58,728 bases of DNA from Candidatus Brocadiia bacterium (GTDB lineage: Bacteria > Planctomycetota > Brocadiia > CAIUPP01), in assembly GCA_050015075.1 (NCBI GenBank), contig JBEKCB010000034.1, positions 1 through 58,728 on the forward strand, in the 5' to 3' direction. Below, one piece after another: positions 10,188 to 20,084 of the stretch. Every line of letters starts with the position of its first letter. The first letter of the stretch is position 1. Below the pieces are notes generated by a model. That model was not told the origin of the DNA, did not search any database, and worked only from the letters and a program-made list of their open reading frames with translations. The position numbers and the translations under genes are program-made.

Positions 10188-11450
10188 ACGGATTCGCGCA
10201 CACGGGTGAAGCTGGCCCTGAACCATCAGAAGCCTGACCGGCCGCCGATAGACCTGGGGGCCACGGCGGTCACCGGCGCTCACGTGAGCATCGTCAGCGC
10301 ACTGCGGCGCCGCCTGGGCCTGAGCAAGGCCGACGAGCGGGTCAAGGTGGTCGAGCCCTATCAAATGCTCGGCGAAGTGGCCGACGATCTCAAGGTCGCG
10401 CTGGGCTGCGACTTCGCGGGTCTGGGGATGCGCAGGAACCTCTTCGGTTTCGAGAACCGGGACTGGAAACCCTGGGTGACATTCGACGGGACACCGGTGC
10501 TCGTGCCCGGCAAGTTCAATACTGTTCCGGAGCCGAACGGCGACCTGCTGCTCTATCCGGAGGGAGACGCCGGCGTCCCTCCAAGCGGACGCATGCCCAA
10601 GGGCGGGTTCTACTTCGACGCCATTGTCCGCCAACCGCCCATTGATGACGCTGCACTCAAGGTCGAGGACAACCTGGAGGAATTCGGGCCCGTTGCCGAC
10701 GAGGACCTGGAGCACCTGCGCGCGACTTCCGCTGCGCTCTACCGCAACACGCCCTATGCGCTCGTAGGCACGTTCGGCGGGACGGCCTTCGGCGACATTG
10801 CCCTGGTGCCGGCTCCGTTTCTCAAGAACCCGAAGGGAATCCGGGACGTGGCGGAATGGTACATCAGCACCATTGCGCGGCGCGAACACGTCCGGGAGAT
10901 TTTCCACCGGCAATGCGACATCGCGCTCAAGAACCTGGCGCTCATTCACCAGGCGGTCGGGGATCAGGTGGCGGTCATTTTCGTCAGCGGCGCCGACTTC
11001 GGCACGCAGAACGCCCCCTTCATCTCACCGGACGCCTACCGCGACCTTTTCCAGCCCTTCCACCGAAAGGTCAACGACTGGATCCACGGTCATACGGCCT
11101 GGAAAAGCTTCTGCCACTCCTGCGGATCCATTGAGCCGCTGATCACCGATCTCATCGCTGCGGGGTTCGATATTCTCAACCCGGTGCAATGCTCGGCCGC
11201 GAACATGGAGCCGGAGCGCCTGAAGAAGCGATACGGAGAAAAGCTGGTCTTCTGGGGCGGCCTGGTGAACACGCAGAAGACTCTTCCCTTCGGCACGGTG
11301 GCCGACGTGGCGCAGGAAGTGGAGTCTCGACTGAAGATATTCAGCCCTGGCGGCGGCTATGTGGCCAACCCGGTCCACAACATCCAGGCCGGTTGCCCCG
11401 TGGAAAACGTGATCGAGGCATTTCGCCTGATCAGGGAGATTCAGCACTAA
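10188..11450 (+). CDS. URO-D/methylcobamide methyltransferase-like family protein; start probably ACG at 10188 (alternative GTG at 10206)
   Basis: N-terminus (M)DSRTRVKLALNHQKPDRPPIDLG, plus DFGTQ, HSCG, LNPVQCSA and FWGG. A GGAG lies 7 nt before the ACG. Confidence 0.75.
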   Translation, partial: TDSRTRVKLALNHQKPDRPPIDLGATAVTGAHVSIVSALRRRLGLSKADERVKVVEPYQMLGEVADDLKVALGCDFAGLGMRRNLFGFENRDWKPWVTFDGTPVLVPGKFNTVPEPNGDLLLYPEGDAGVPPSGRMPKGGFYFDAIVRQPPIDDAALKVEDNLEEFGPVADEDLEHLRATSAALYRNTPYALVGTFGGTAFGDIALVPAPFLKNPKGIRDVAEWYISTIARREHVREIFHRQCDIALKNLALIHQAVGDQVAVIFVSGADFGTQNAPFISPDAYRDLFQPFHRKVNDWIHGHTAWKSFCHSCGSIEPLITDLIAAGFDILNPVQCSAANMEPERLKKRYGEKLVFWGGLVNTQKTLPFGTVADVAQEVESRLKIFSPGGGYVANPVHNIQAGCPVENVIEAFRLIREIQH

Positions 11451-11464
11451 ACGGTGAAATCGGT

Positions 11465-13045
11465 CTATTTCTCAGCCGAACCGGCCCCGGCAGCAGACGC
11501 GGCGGCCAGGCGGTGGCGCTCGTCGAGCTTGGCGCGGACCTCGGCCATCTTCTTGGCGGTGATCGGCATCCAGAAGGAGATGACGAACGCCAGCAGCGCG
11601 CCGAGGATCAGCATCCCGAACCCCCAGAAGCGCATGCTCTCCACGACTCCCGGCGGCTGGACGTCGAGTTTCACGTCGAACCCGATCCAGACAAGGAGGT
11701 ACCCGGCGATGACGGTGATGATGGAATTTTGGAACTTGCTCAGCCAGTTCAGCACCGCGATAAAGAGCGCCTCGTGGCGTTCACCGGATTGCAGCTCGTC
11801 AATATCGCAGATGTCCGGCATGATCGCGTTCAAGAAAATTCCGCCAATGCCTTGCAGGGGAATGAATGCCAGCGTGAAGCCCATGTAAAGCCAATATTGG
11901 CCCGGACGCATGAAGAACGGAAGCAGGAGGGCATTGAGGAGGCCGATGCCGTAGCTGAAAATGATGCCGGTGCGCTTGCCGATGAGCTTGCAGAGGGGCG
12001 CGGCGATGAGTACCATGACGAACCCCCAGCCGAGGCCCACAAAATTGCCTGGTACGCCCAAGAACCCAACAGCCATTTTGGGGTCCTTCATGCCGGCGCA
12101 AAGGCTGAAGATGAGAATGAAGAAGCTGATCTGCTGCCAGAGCATGTTGCCGAGAGTCGTGGCGAACTGGAGGAGGAGGACCACGACGAAGGCGCGCACG
12201 CGGAGTGTCGCCTTGAGCGAATGCCAGATATTGCCTCGCCTGCTCTGCGCCGCCCACTTGAATCGCTCGCGGCAGGCGAACACCACCACGAGCCCGGCGA
12301 TGAGTGCGAGCACGGCCATCCCGCCCCCGACCCAGCGGATCCCATTGATCGAGGTGCCGAACCAGCTCGCATGCAGGCCAAACCACTGAGCCAGCCAGTC
12401 GAGCGCCCGGACCGGCATGTCGAGCCAGCCCTTGCTGTTATGCTGGCCAAGCCACTGGGCAATCGAGAGGGTATTACTCTCAGGGTGGACAAGCCACATG
12501 GCAATCATGTAAAGGGGGATCATCCCAGGGAGGCCCATGTAGAAGCCCCGGATGGCCTGAACGCGCGCGCGCTGATTGAAATCGTCGGAAAGCTCGAAGC
12601 CGAGCGCCTGATGGGTCGTGTCGAAAATGCCGTAAAGGGAGAAGATCACGAGGTTCGCGACGAGCACCCAGACGAAGAGCGCTGCCTGCGACCAGTGCGG
12701 GGAAGCCCACCACATCCCGGCGATGACGAACGCGCCGATCAAGGTCGAGGCGAGGATGAACGGGCGCCGTCGGCCCATGCCGCTGCGGCACGCGTCGGAC
12801 CAGTTGGCCCAAACCGGATCCAGGAAGCCATCTATCAGCCGGGGCAAGGCTTGCGCCCAGCCGATCAAGATGGGGCTGAGCTTGTACTCCAGCGGGAAGA
12901 ACTGCATAACGAGGAAGCCGAACGGGATGTACAACAAGATATCGGTCATGGCCCCGACGCTGTAGAGGTGGATCGTGAGCGCCTTGGCTGTAAACGCCTT
13001 CTTCGCGGGCTGTTCGCCTGAAACGGCTGCGGAATCTGCTGCCAT
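11465..13045 (-). CDS. MFS sugar transporter (GPH/MelB-like)
   Basis: About 12 TM segments; DGFLDP..WSD..GRRRPFI and MPDICDIDELQSGERHEALF. Confidence 0.85.
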   Translation of the reverse strand: MAADSAAVSGEQPAKKAFTAKALTIHLYSVGAMTDILLYIPFGFLVMQFFPLEYKLSPILIGWAQALPRLIDGFLDPVWANWSDACRSGMGRRRPFILASTLIGAFVIAGMWWASPHWSQAALFVWVLVANLVIFSLYGIFDTTHQALGFELSDDFNQRARVQAIRGFYMGLPGMIPLYMIAMWLVHPESNTLSIAQWLGQHNSKGWLDMPVRALDWLAQWFGLHASWFGTSINGIRWVGGGMAVLALIAGLVVVFACRERFKWAAQSRRGNIWHSLKATLRVRAFVVVLLLQFATTLGNMLWQQISFFILIFSLCAGMKDPKMAVGFLGVPGNFVGLGWGFVMVLIAAPLCKLIGKRTGIIFSYGIGLLNALLLPFFMRPGQYWLYMGFTLAFIPLQGIGGIFLNAIMPDICDIDELQSGERHEALFIAVLNWLSKFQNSIITVIAGYLLVWIGFDVKLDVQPPGVVESMRFWGFGMLILGALLAFVISFWMPITAKKMAEVRAKLDERHRLAAASAAGAGSAEK

Positions 13046-13077
13046 CAATTAATCTCCAATTGTTGTTGCGGCGATAC

Positions 13078-13815
13078 TCAGGCGTCGTCCGGGTATTGGC
13101 TGAAATCGTGCGCGGCCTTCCAGCCCAGGCGGCGATATGAGGGTTCCATGTCGGCGTGGTTCACGCAGTCGCGATGACCGAGCACCCAGAAAGCCTCGCA
13201 ACTCAGGTCCGGCAGGCGCAGGGCGCAGTCTGCGGCGTCGCCGATGTCGCGCCGGTCAATGAACTGCCAGTTCACGCTCGGCCGCTTCACGCCATACTTA
13301 TCCACCAGCGTGTCGGCATCGTTAATATACGCCGGCCGCAGCATCGCCACGGCAATGCCCTGCGTGCGATGGTAGTATTCGGCAATGACCTCCTGGCAGG
13401 TCTTCGTCAGACTGTACATGCTGGTCGGCTGAGCCGGCATGTCCGAACGCAAGAACTCGCCCGCCTCGTGCTGCGCGTCGAGCACCCCAACACTGGAGAT
13501 CAGGACCACCCGGCGAATCTTCTTCTCGGCGGCGGCCGCGAACAGGTTCGCGGTTCCCTTCACGTTCGCGTCGAACGGAATCGTCGGCGTGCCGTACACC
13601 TCCGGCCGATTCGGCGCCATGTGCGCGATCACCAGCGCGTCCATGCCGTCCACCGCGCGACGGCAGACCGCAAGGTCGCTGACGTCGCCGACTATCAGTT
13701 CGTGGCGTGTGTCGCGCTTGACCACGTCCATCAGGCGCAACTGGTGTTTCGATTCGAGCGCCTTGACCAATCCCGCGCCCAGAAAGCCCGTTGCGCCGGT
13801 AATGAGCAGTTTCAT
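13078..13815 (-). CDS. NAD-dependent epimerase/dehydratase (extended SDR)
   Basis: MKLLITGATGFLG, ISS and YSLTK (YxxxK). Confidence 0.85.
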   Translation of the reverse strand: MKLLITGATGFLGAGLVKALESKHQLRLMDVVKRDTRHELIVGDVSDLAVCRRAVDGMDALVIAHMAPNRPEVYGTPTIPFDANVKGTANLFAAAAEKKIRRVVLISSVGVLDAQHEAGEFLRSDMPAQPTSMYSLTKTCQEVIAEYYHRTQGIAVAMLRPAYINDADTLVDKYGVKRPSVNWQFIDRRDIGDAADCALRLPDLSCEAFWVLGHRDCVNHADMEPSYRRLGWKAAHDFSQYPDDA

Positions 13816-14101
13816 CTGGTCTCTCCGTTCTCTCACGATGAAAAGTGTGAGACGAAAAGCTGGAACTGATTCCAACAACTGGCGACGTTTTACACACCCT
13901 CGGCAAGCGTGTCAAGCGGCCGGTGAGGGGCAGGGGTGGATAAACTCGGATTGAACATCCCGTTCTCTCTGAGGCGACCTGGCGTAAATCAAAGTGACGC
14001 CGCTGACGGAACGGCGGCAGAGGCGGAGGTGCATTCGGTTCCACTTCAGCCATCCCCAGCGCCCTGGAACTCTGCTCAAGACCGGCGGACTGGCGAGGAA
14101 C

Positions 14102-14128
14102 TTGACAGCGCCAACTTGACCGTATAAT
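14102..14128 (+). promoter_or_regulatory. Possible promoter TTGACA-N15-TATAAT
   Basis: Both hexamers are perfect consensus but the spacer is short (15 nt). Confidence 0.35.
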
Positions 14129-14201
14129 CTCCGGTTCAAAAGCCGACTGTCTTTTGGAAGAAGGGCGAATGGGAAATCCCGGTTAAAAGGAAAAAGGCAA
14201 A

Positions 14202-14822
14202 ATGATCACCCTCCATGAGAAGCCATGGCTGAAGAAGAACGAAACTCTGGTCTGCCTCGGCGACAGCCTGACAGCCCCCAAGGACGGTTTCGTGGCCCTC
14301 CTCGCGAAGGCGCTCAAGCCTCTGAAGATCCGCGTGATCAACGCCGGGCTGGGCGGCGACAAGACGCCGCAGACGCTCGTGCGACTCAGACAGGACGTGA
14401 TCGCCCGGAAGCCCGATGCGCTTTCTATTTTTCTGGGAACGAACGACGGCGTCATCGGCCGCGGCCGATGGGCGGATGAACCCCGCGTCACGCCCGAGGC
14501 TTACCGCTGCAACCTCGTCTGGATCATCTACATGTGCCGGTTGAACGGGATTAAGAAGTTCAGCATCACCCCGCCGATGTTCTATGAGGGCGGCCTGTGG
14601 ACGGAATTCGGCGAACCCTTCGGCCTCTACCGCCTCGCCGCGCGCGAAGCCGCTGATGAAATGGGCGCCCGGCTTGTGCCGGCGGACGTGGCGTTTCAAC
14701 AGGAATGGCAGAAACACCCCGGCCACACCGGCCTGCTGCTCACCGACGACGGAGCCCATCTGAACGCCGCCGGCCACCGGCTGGTGGCCGACGCAAGTCT
14801 CAAGGCGTGGAAGATGGCGTAA
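14202..14822 (+). CDS. SGNH/GDSL hydrolase
   Basis: LGDSLT, NAGLGG, GTND and DGAHLN. Confidence 0.9.
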   Translation: MITLHEKPWLKKNETLVCLGDSLTAPKDGFVALLAKALKPLKIRVINAGLGGDKTPQTLVRLRQDVIARKPDALSIFLGTNDGVIGRGRWADEPRVTPEAYRCNLVWIIYMCRLNGIKKFSITPPMFYEGGLWTEFGEPFGLYRLAAREAADEMGARLVPADVAFQQEWQKHPGHTGLLLTDDGAHLNAAGHRLVADASLKAWKMA

Positions 14823-14959
14823 AGGCCGAAGACACCACGCGGCGAATGCAATAGGCTTTGTTCCTCCGCCGGGAAACGGGTGAAATGGAAGCGAGTTGAA
14901 TCCATCGCTGGTTGATAATGCCAGCGGATTTGACAACCGCCGAGAGGCGGACCGGTAAG

Positions 14960-16177
14960 ATGGGAAATCGCCGGCAAAATATTTTCGCGGGCGACAGTCA
15001 GCAGCAGTGGCTGCCGTGCAAAGGATGGGCGGTGCGCGCGGTGACGGCCTGCTTCGCCTTGCTCACCGCGGTTTCAGCGATCGGCGCAGAATCAAGGGAA
15101 GCGACTGAACAGGAGAAGAAGATGACCATCGGCGCTTACTATTTCGACGGGTGGGCGGGCCATAACCGATCGGCTGAGGATGCCGGGCAACCGTGGGCTC
15201 GAAACGCTCCTGCGCTGCTGACCCGGAGGATGATCGAGGAGTTCCCGCAGCGGGAGCCGCTCTGGGGCTGGCGGGATGATTCGCCGGCGATTATGGAGCG
15301 GCAAATAGATCTCGCGGCGGGCCACGGCCTCGACTTCTTTGCGTTCTGCTGGTACTGGCACGATAACGGGGGGCCGATCAACGAGAAGGCGATCGAGGAA
15401 GACCCCAAGCACAGCGGGCTGGAACTGTTCCTGAAGGCGAGAAACAGCCGGCGCATGAAGTTCTGCCTGCTGGTGGCCAATCACGATGGATTCGAGATCA
15501 AAGGGACGGAGCATTGGAAGCAGGCCGCCGACTTCTGGATGCGCTATCTGAAGCACCCGCAGTGCGTCACGGTCGGCGGGAAGCCGCTGGTGATCATTTT
15601 CAATCCCGGCGGCGGAGATAAGGACGGCTTCGCGTACCTGCAGGAAGCGGCGCGAAAAGCGGGGCTGCCGGGCGTGGCGATCGCCGGTTGCGGGGGCGGG
15701 ACGCCGGAGATGGGTTACACCCACAGGACGCATTACAACGTGATACCGGGGTACACGGCCGGATCGGAGGAGCACAAGTACGCGGAACTGGCGGCCGCGA
15801 ACCGAGAGGCGTGGGCCGGCAGCCGCGGGCAGCCGTACATGCCGGAGATCATAGTCGGGTGGGACAAGCGGCCGTGGGAGAATCCGACGGGCCTGCACCA
15901 GAATGCCGGATGGTACTACCCGGACCGCACGCCGGAGCAGTTCGCGATCCACCTGCGCGATGCGATGGCGTGGATGGACGAACACCCCGAAGAGACCACC
16001 GCCGAGCGCATCGCTCTGATCTATGCGTGGAACGAATTAGGCGAAGGCGGGTACATGGTCCCGACCAAGGGCGACCCCGACGGCAAGTACCTGAAGGCGC
16101 TTCGGTCGGTGGTGATGCCGGCCGGTCAACCGGGTCAGCCGGGCGCTCCAGCGGATGCGGACAAGGCGCACCCTTGA
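14960..16177 (+). CDS. GH99-like/WbsX-family glycoside hydrolase, probably secreted (start uncertain)
   Basis: AYYFDGW, QIDLAAGHGLDFFAFCWYW, GWDKRPW and YAWNELGEG. Confidence 0.7.
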   Translation: MGNRRQNIFAGDSQQQWLPCKGWAVRAVTACFALLTAVSAIGAESREATEQEKKMTIGAYYFDGWAGHNRSAEDAGQPWARNAPALLTRRMIEEFPQREPLWGWRDDSPAIMERQIDLAAGHGLDFFAFCWYWHDNGGPINEKAIEEDPKHSGLELFLKARNSRRMKFCLLVANHDGFEIKGTEHWKQAADFWMRYLKHPQCVTVGGKPLVIIFNPGGGDKDGFAYLQEAARKAGLPGVAIAGCGGGTPEMGYTHRTHYNVIPGYTAGSEEHKYAELAAANREAWAGSRGQPYMPEIIVGWDKRPWENPTGLHQNAGWYYPDRTPEQFAIHLRDAMAWMDEHPEETTAERIALIYAWNELGEGGYMVPTKGDPDGKYLKALRSVVMPAGQPGQPGAPADADKAHP

Positions 16178-16225
16178 GCTTTGACCGCCGATCACCGGCG
16201 GATATCACTTTTCGAGGAGGAAAAA

Positions 16226-18526
16226 ATGTCCTTCCAGTCTGCCGCAAGCGCGCTGCTGACGGCCTTCCTGCTGTTCACCGTGGGTGCCAATGCGCCGGCC
16301 GCTGAGGGCCCGCCGCCAGAGGAGCATTGGCAGCTCTGGGACGACAACGGCGCCGAGGGCTGGTTTGCGCCGGAGTATAAGTACGATGACGGCATGACGC
16401 CCGCGCCATGGGAAGATGCGTTCACATTTTTCCGGCAGCCGGCCGGCAGCCTGGGATGGATCGTCGCCAACGGCGACAACCTCGAGTTCGAGAAGGCGCC
16501 GGGCCGGCCCATCCACTTCAAGGGGCTCACGACGCACGCATTCGCCTGCCCGCCCGAAAAGGCTGCGGCCTATGCGAACATCCTGCGCAAGTTCGGCTTC
16601 AACGAGGTGCGGTTCCACTCCCTCTGCGAGGGCCTCCTCAAGAAGGAGGGAAGTCTGTCGGCGTCGAGCCCGAGCGGAACGACTTCAACGTACACCCTGC
16701 CTGAGCTCGACCCGGACCGCATGCGGACGTTCGACAACTACTTCGCCGAATTGAAGAAGGCCGGCATCTACGTTCGCCTGTCCGGCAATTTTGCCACGTA
16801 CTGGTCCCCGTCCACCGGCGTGCATACTCCGGAGAAAATTCCGCGGCTCAACAACATCGCGTACTTCTTCGACGATAAGCACCAGGAGCTTTATCTGAAA
16901 AGCGTCCGCCTGTTCCTGGACCACGTCAATCCCTATACCGGCTTGCGCTACGCCGACGATCCCGCCTGCAACATGTACATGGTGGTCAACGAGACCAGCC
17001 TCTACTGGAGCGACGCCCGGCTTCTGCCGGAGTACTACCGCAGCGAGCTGCAGGAGAAATACAACGCCTGGCTGACGGAGAAATACGGGGACGACGCCGC
17101 CTTGCTGAAGGCCTGGCAGGCGCCCGGCCAGGGGACGGCCCTCGGCGGCGACGAATCGCTCTTCGACGGCAGCGTCGCTCTGATGGGACCCAGGGGCGTG
17201 GCCGGCGCGGAGGAGAAAGATCACAAGCGCGGAGCCGACGAGATGCGGTTCTACTACAAGCTGGAGACCGACTGGTTCGGAAAGGTGCGCAGCGCCATCC
17301 GGGAAACCGGCAGCCGGATGCTGGTGCAGAGCACCTCCTGGAACGGCCCCGCCGCGTTGCAGGAAATGCAGACCGCTTCGGAGGCGGCGCTGGATTTCAC
17401 CGGCAAGCACGTCTACTGGCTCGGCGGCGGGGCGGGGCTGAGGCGCGGAGAGTTCCGAATGGCCAACGAGCCGGTCGAGCGCCACCCCAACGACCATCTC
17501 CTGCTCCTCTGCTACCAGCACGTCGCCGACAAGCCCTTCAACATCACCGAGTGGAACTTCTGCTACCCGAACGATTACACCACGGAGGCGGCGGTATTCA
17601 TGGCCGCCTACGGCGCGCTTCAGAACGTCTCGGCCAATCATCGCTTCGACGCCGACGAGCCGGAATTCCTCCCCATGAAGGACAATTCCTTCAGCATGTT
17701 CGAATCGCCCGCCGGCATGGCCGTTGAGCCGCTGGCTTATTTCCTGTACGTGCGCGGCGACCTGCGTCCTGCCCCGATCATCCGCCAGGATGCGCTGACC
17801 GAGGCCGAACTGTTCGACCCCTTCCGCGGCCGGCAGGAGCGCGGGCGGCGCGGGGGCGGCTACTTCCCGTACCTCGGCGGCCAGCCCGGGCCCTGGGACT
17901 CCATGCTGGTGGGCGGCGTGCGGCTTTCCTTCGACCCGGCAAAGTATCCTGCCATCTGGGATCAGAAAACCTATGACGCCGGGCACGACGCGCAGGCCGG
18001 CACGATCACGAGCATGACCGGCGAACTCGTCTGGAACACGCGCGGCGAGTTCGTGCAGGCGCAGACGCCCAGGACCCGTTGCCTGATGGGCGCCCTCCAG
18101 GGCAAACACGAGAACGGCCCGCTCACGATGGACCTCAGCCGAGCCTACGGCGTGGCCGGAATGGCCAGTCTCGACGATCGTGCGCTCGAAACCTCGCAGC
18201 GCATCCTCCTCACTCTGGCCGGCCGCGACCGCAACACCGGCCAGACGATCGAGGCGGTGATGCCCGGCGACCAGCCCGCGTCCGGACGCAGGGGCAGATA
18301 CAGGCTGGAAGTGCTCGGCGGTCCTCCGATTATCGAGGAGCCGGTCACGGTGGACTTCTCTCTGAAGACGGAGCACAACGGGACCTGGACGGTCTTGCCG
18401 GTGGACGTCTGCGGACGGCCCCTTGCGGACCGGCAGCGGACATTGACCGCCGCCGACGGCGTGCTCACGGGTAAAATCAGCACGCGCGACGATAAAGCGC
18501 TGAATTACATCTTGACGGTCCAATGA
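16226..18526 (+). CDS. Secreted putative glycoside hydrolase (clan GH-A-like TIM barrel)
   Basis: Signal peptide; GFNEVRFH, LKKAGIYV, HVNPYTGLRYADDP, VVNE (acid/base-like) and ITEWN (nucleophile-like); GGAGG RBS. Confidence 0.6.
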   Translation: MSFQSAASALLTAFLLFTVGANAPAAEGPPPEEHWQLWDDNGAEGWFAPEYKYDDGMTPAPWEDAFTFFRQPAGSLGWIVANGDNLEFEKAPGRPIHFKGLTTHAFACPPEKAAAYANILRKFGFNEVRFHSLCEGLLKKEGSLSASSPSGTTSTYTLPELDPDRMRTFDNYFAELKKAGIYVRLSGNFATYWSPSTGVHTPEKIPRLNNIAYFFDDKHQELYLKSVRLFLDHVNPYTGLRYADDPACNMYMVVNETSLYWSDARLLPEYYRSELQEKYNAWLTEKYGDDAALLKAWQAPGQGTALGGDESLFDGSVALMGPRGVAGAEEKDHKRGADEMRFYYKLETDWFGKVRSAIRETGSRMLVQSTSWNGPAALQEMQTASEAALDFTGKHVYWLGGGAGLRRGEFRMANEPVERHPNDHLLLLCYQHVADKPFNITEWNFCYPNDYTTEAAVFMAAYGALQNVSANHRFDADEPEFLPMKDNSFSMFESPAGMAVEPLAYFLYVRGDLRPAPIIRQDALTEAELFDPFRGRQERGRRGGGYFPYLGGQPGPWDSMLVGGVRLSFDPAKYPAIWDQKTYDAGHDAQAGTITSMTGELVWNTRGEFVQAQTPRTRCLMGALQGKHENGPLTMDLSRAYGVAGMASLDDRALETSQRILLTLAGRDRNTGQTIEAVMPGDQPASGRRGRYRLEVLGGPPIIEEPVTVDFSLKTEHNGTWTVLPVDVCGRPLADRQRTLTAADGVLTGKISTRDDKALNYILTVQ

Positions 18527-18725
18527 AGGAGCGATGCGGAATTGCCCGGAACCGAGCAAGCCCCGGCCGTGGCGCCAACTTGCCGGAGGCCGGTCCGCCG
18601 CGTACTTCACGCCCCATGCGTGGAATCGCCCGGGCGGGCCTTCTTGCGGTTGTCGGGGCCTCGTGGTAGATTCCTGCAAACGGCGGCGCAACAGGGCGGC
18701 GTGAACTTGAGAGGGGATCACGACC

Positions 18726-20081
18726 ATGCACTGGCAGCACATCCTCTGGCCCAGGCTGACCAGCCGACCGGTTCGGGCGCGCATGCGCCATTTTCGGATC
18801 CCGCAAGCCGACCGGCATTCGCGCGTGCATCTCCGCGTCGAGGAGGACGGCAGCGGCCTGATGCTGGTGGACGCGACGGTGGCGGTGCGGCTGAACCACT
18901 CGGCGATGGAGATCGCCCACGCGATTCTCGAGGGAAAATCGCTCGAGCAGACGACGCGCGCGCTGCGCAAGCAGTTCCGCGACGCGACAGCGGAACAGGT
19001 CGCGCGCGACTACGAGAAGCTCAGGCAGATTCTCTTCCCGGCCGGGCACGAGGCGCAGTGCCCGTGGCAGGATCTGGCGTCGAAAGAGAACGAGCCGTTC
19101 TCGATTAAAGTCTCCGCGCCGTACCGCGCCGACCTCGCCCTGCTCTACCGCTGCCAGAACCACTGTCCGCACTGCTATGTCGAACGGTCGCGCGAGATGC
19201 CATCGCTCTCGCGGGAGCAGTGGAACTCCGTCCTCGAAAAGCTCTGGCATGCGGGCATCCCGCACATCTGCTTCACCGGCGGCGAGGCGACGCTCTGCGA
19301 CTTCCTGGTCGAGCTTGTGGAGAAAGCGCGGGACCTCGGGCAGGTCAGCGGACTCCTGACGAACGGCAGGCGCCTCTCCGAGCGCGACTACGCCCGCCGT
19401 CTCGTCGCCGCCGGACTCGACCACGTTCAGATCACCCTCGAGTCGCACGTCGAGGACGTTCACAATCGAATGGTCGGCGCGCCCGGCTACGGCGAGACGC
19501 TGGCGGGGCTGAAGAATGCGCTCTCCGAGGGCATCTACACCGTGACGAACACCACGCTGACGCGGCTGAACGCGCCGCAGATCGAGCAGACGGTGGAGTT
19601 TCTGCACGGGCTCGGCGTGAAGGCGTTCGCCTGCAACTCGCTCATCATCTCCGGCGGCGGAAAGAACAGCGACGTGGGACTGACGATGCCGGAACTGGCG
19701 CGCGTGCTGCCGCTGGTGAACCGGAAGGCCCGCGCGCTGGGCATGCGATTCATCTGGTATACGCCGACGCCGTACTGCCGCCTGAATCCTGCGCAGCTCG
19801 GCCTGGGCTTCAAACGCTGCACCGCCGCCGAGTACAACATCTGCGTCGAGCCGAACGGCGACGTGCTGCCGTGCCAAAGCTGTTACCGCGTCGCCGGAAA
19901 CATGCTCGCCGACCCGTGGAAGAAAATCTGGTCAGGCCCGGTCTTCAAGGAAATCCGCGACCGACTGGCCGTGCCGGACGACTGCCGCACTTGCCCGGAC
20001 TTCGCGATCTGCGGCAGCGGGTGCCCCTTGAGCCGCGAACATGACATGATCCACTGCACGGACCGCGTTTCGGAAGGATAA
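18726..20081 (+). CDS. Radical SAM/SPASM protein with an N-terminal PqqD-like (RRE) domain
   Basis: CQNHCPHC, FTGGE and LTNG; SPASM CTAAEYNICVEPNGDVLPC...CRTCPDFAICGSGC; N-terminal segment VRLNHSAMEIAHAILEGKSLEQ..ATAEQVARDY resembles PqqD. Confidence 0.85.
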   Translation: MHWQHILWPRLTSRPVRARMRHFRIPQADRHSRVHLRVEEDGSGLMLVDATVAVRLNHSAMEIAHAILEGKSLEQTTRALRKQFRDATAEQVARDYEKLRQILFPAGHEAQCPWQDLASKENEPFSIKVSAPYRADLALLYRCQNHCPHCYVERSREMPSLSREQWNSVLEKLWHAGIPHICFTGGEATLCDFLVELVEKARDLGQVSGLLTNGRRLSERDYARRLVAAGLDHVQITLESHVEDVHNRMVGAPGYGETLAGLKNALSEGIYTVTNTTLTRLNAPQIEQTVEFLHGLGVKAFACNSLIISGGGKNSDVGLTMPELARVLPLVNRKARALGMRFIWYTPTPYCRLNPAQLGLGFKRCTAAEYNICVEPNGDVLPCQSCYRVAGNMLADPWKKIWSGPVFKEIRDRLAVPDDCRTCPDFAICGSGCPLSREHDMIHCTDRVSEG

Positions 20082-20084
20082 CGC

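Noticed and set aside
13880-14200. Possible ncRNA or riboswitch in longer intergenic regions (also 38090-38360 and 53430-54000)
   Set aside because: No tRNA cloverleaf or riboswitch consensus was recognisable by eye; an Rfam/Infernal scan would be needed.
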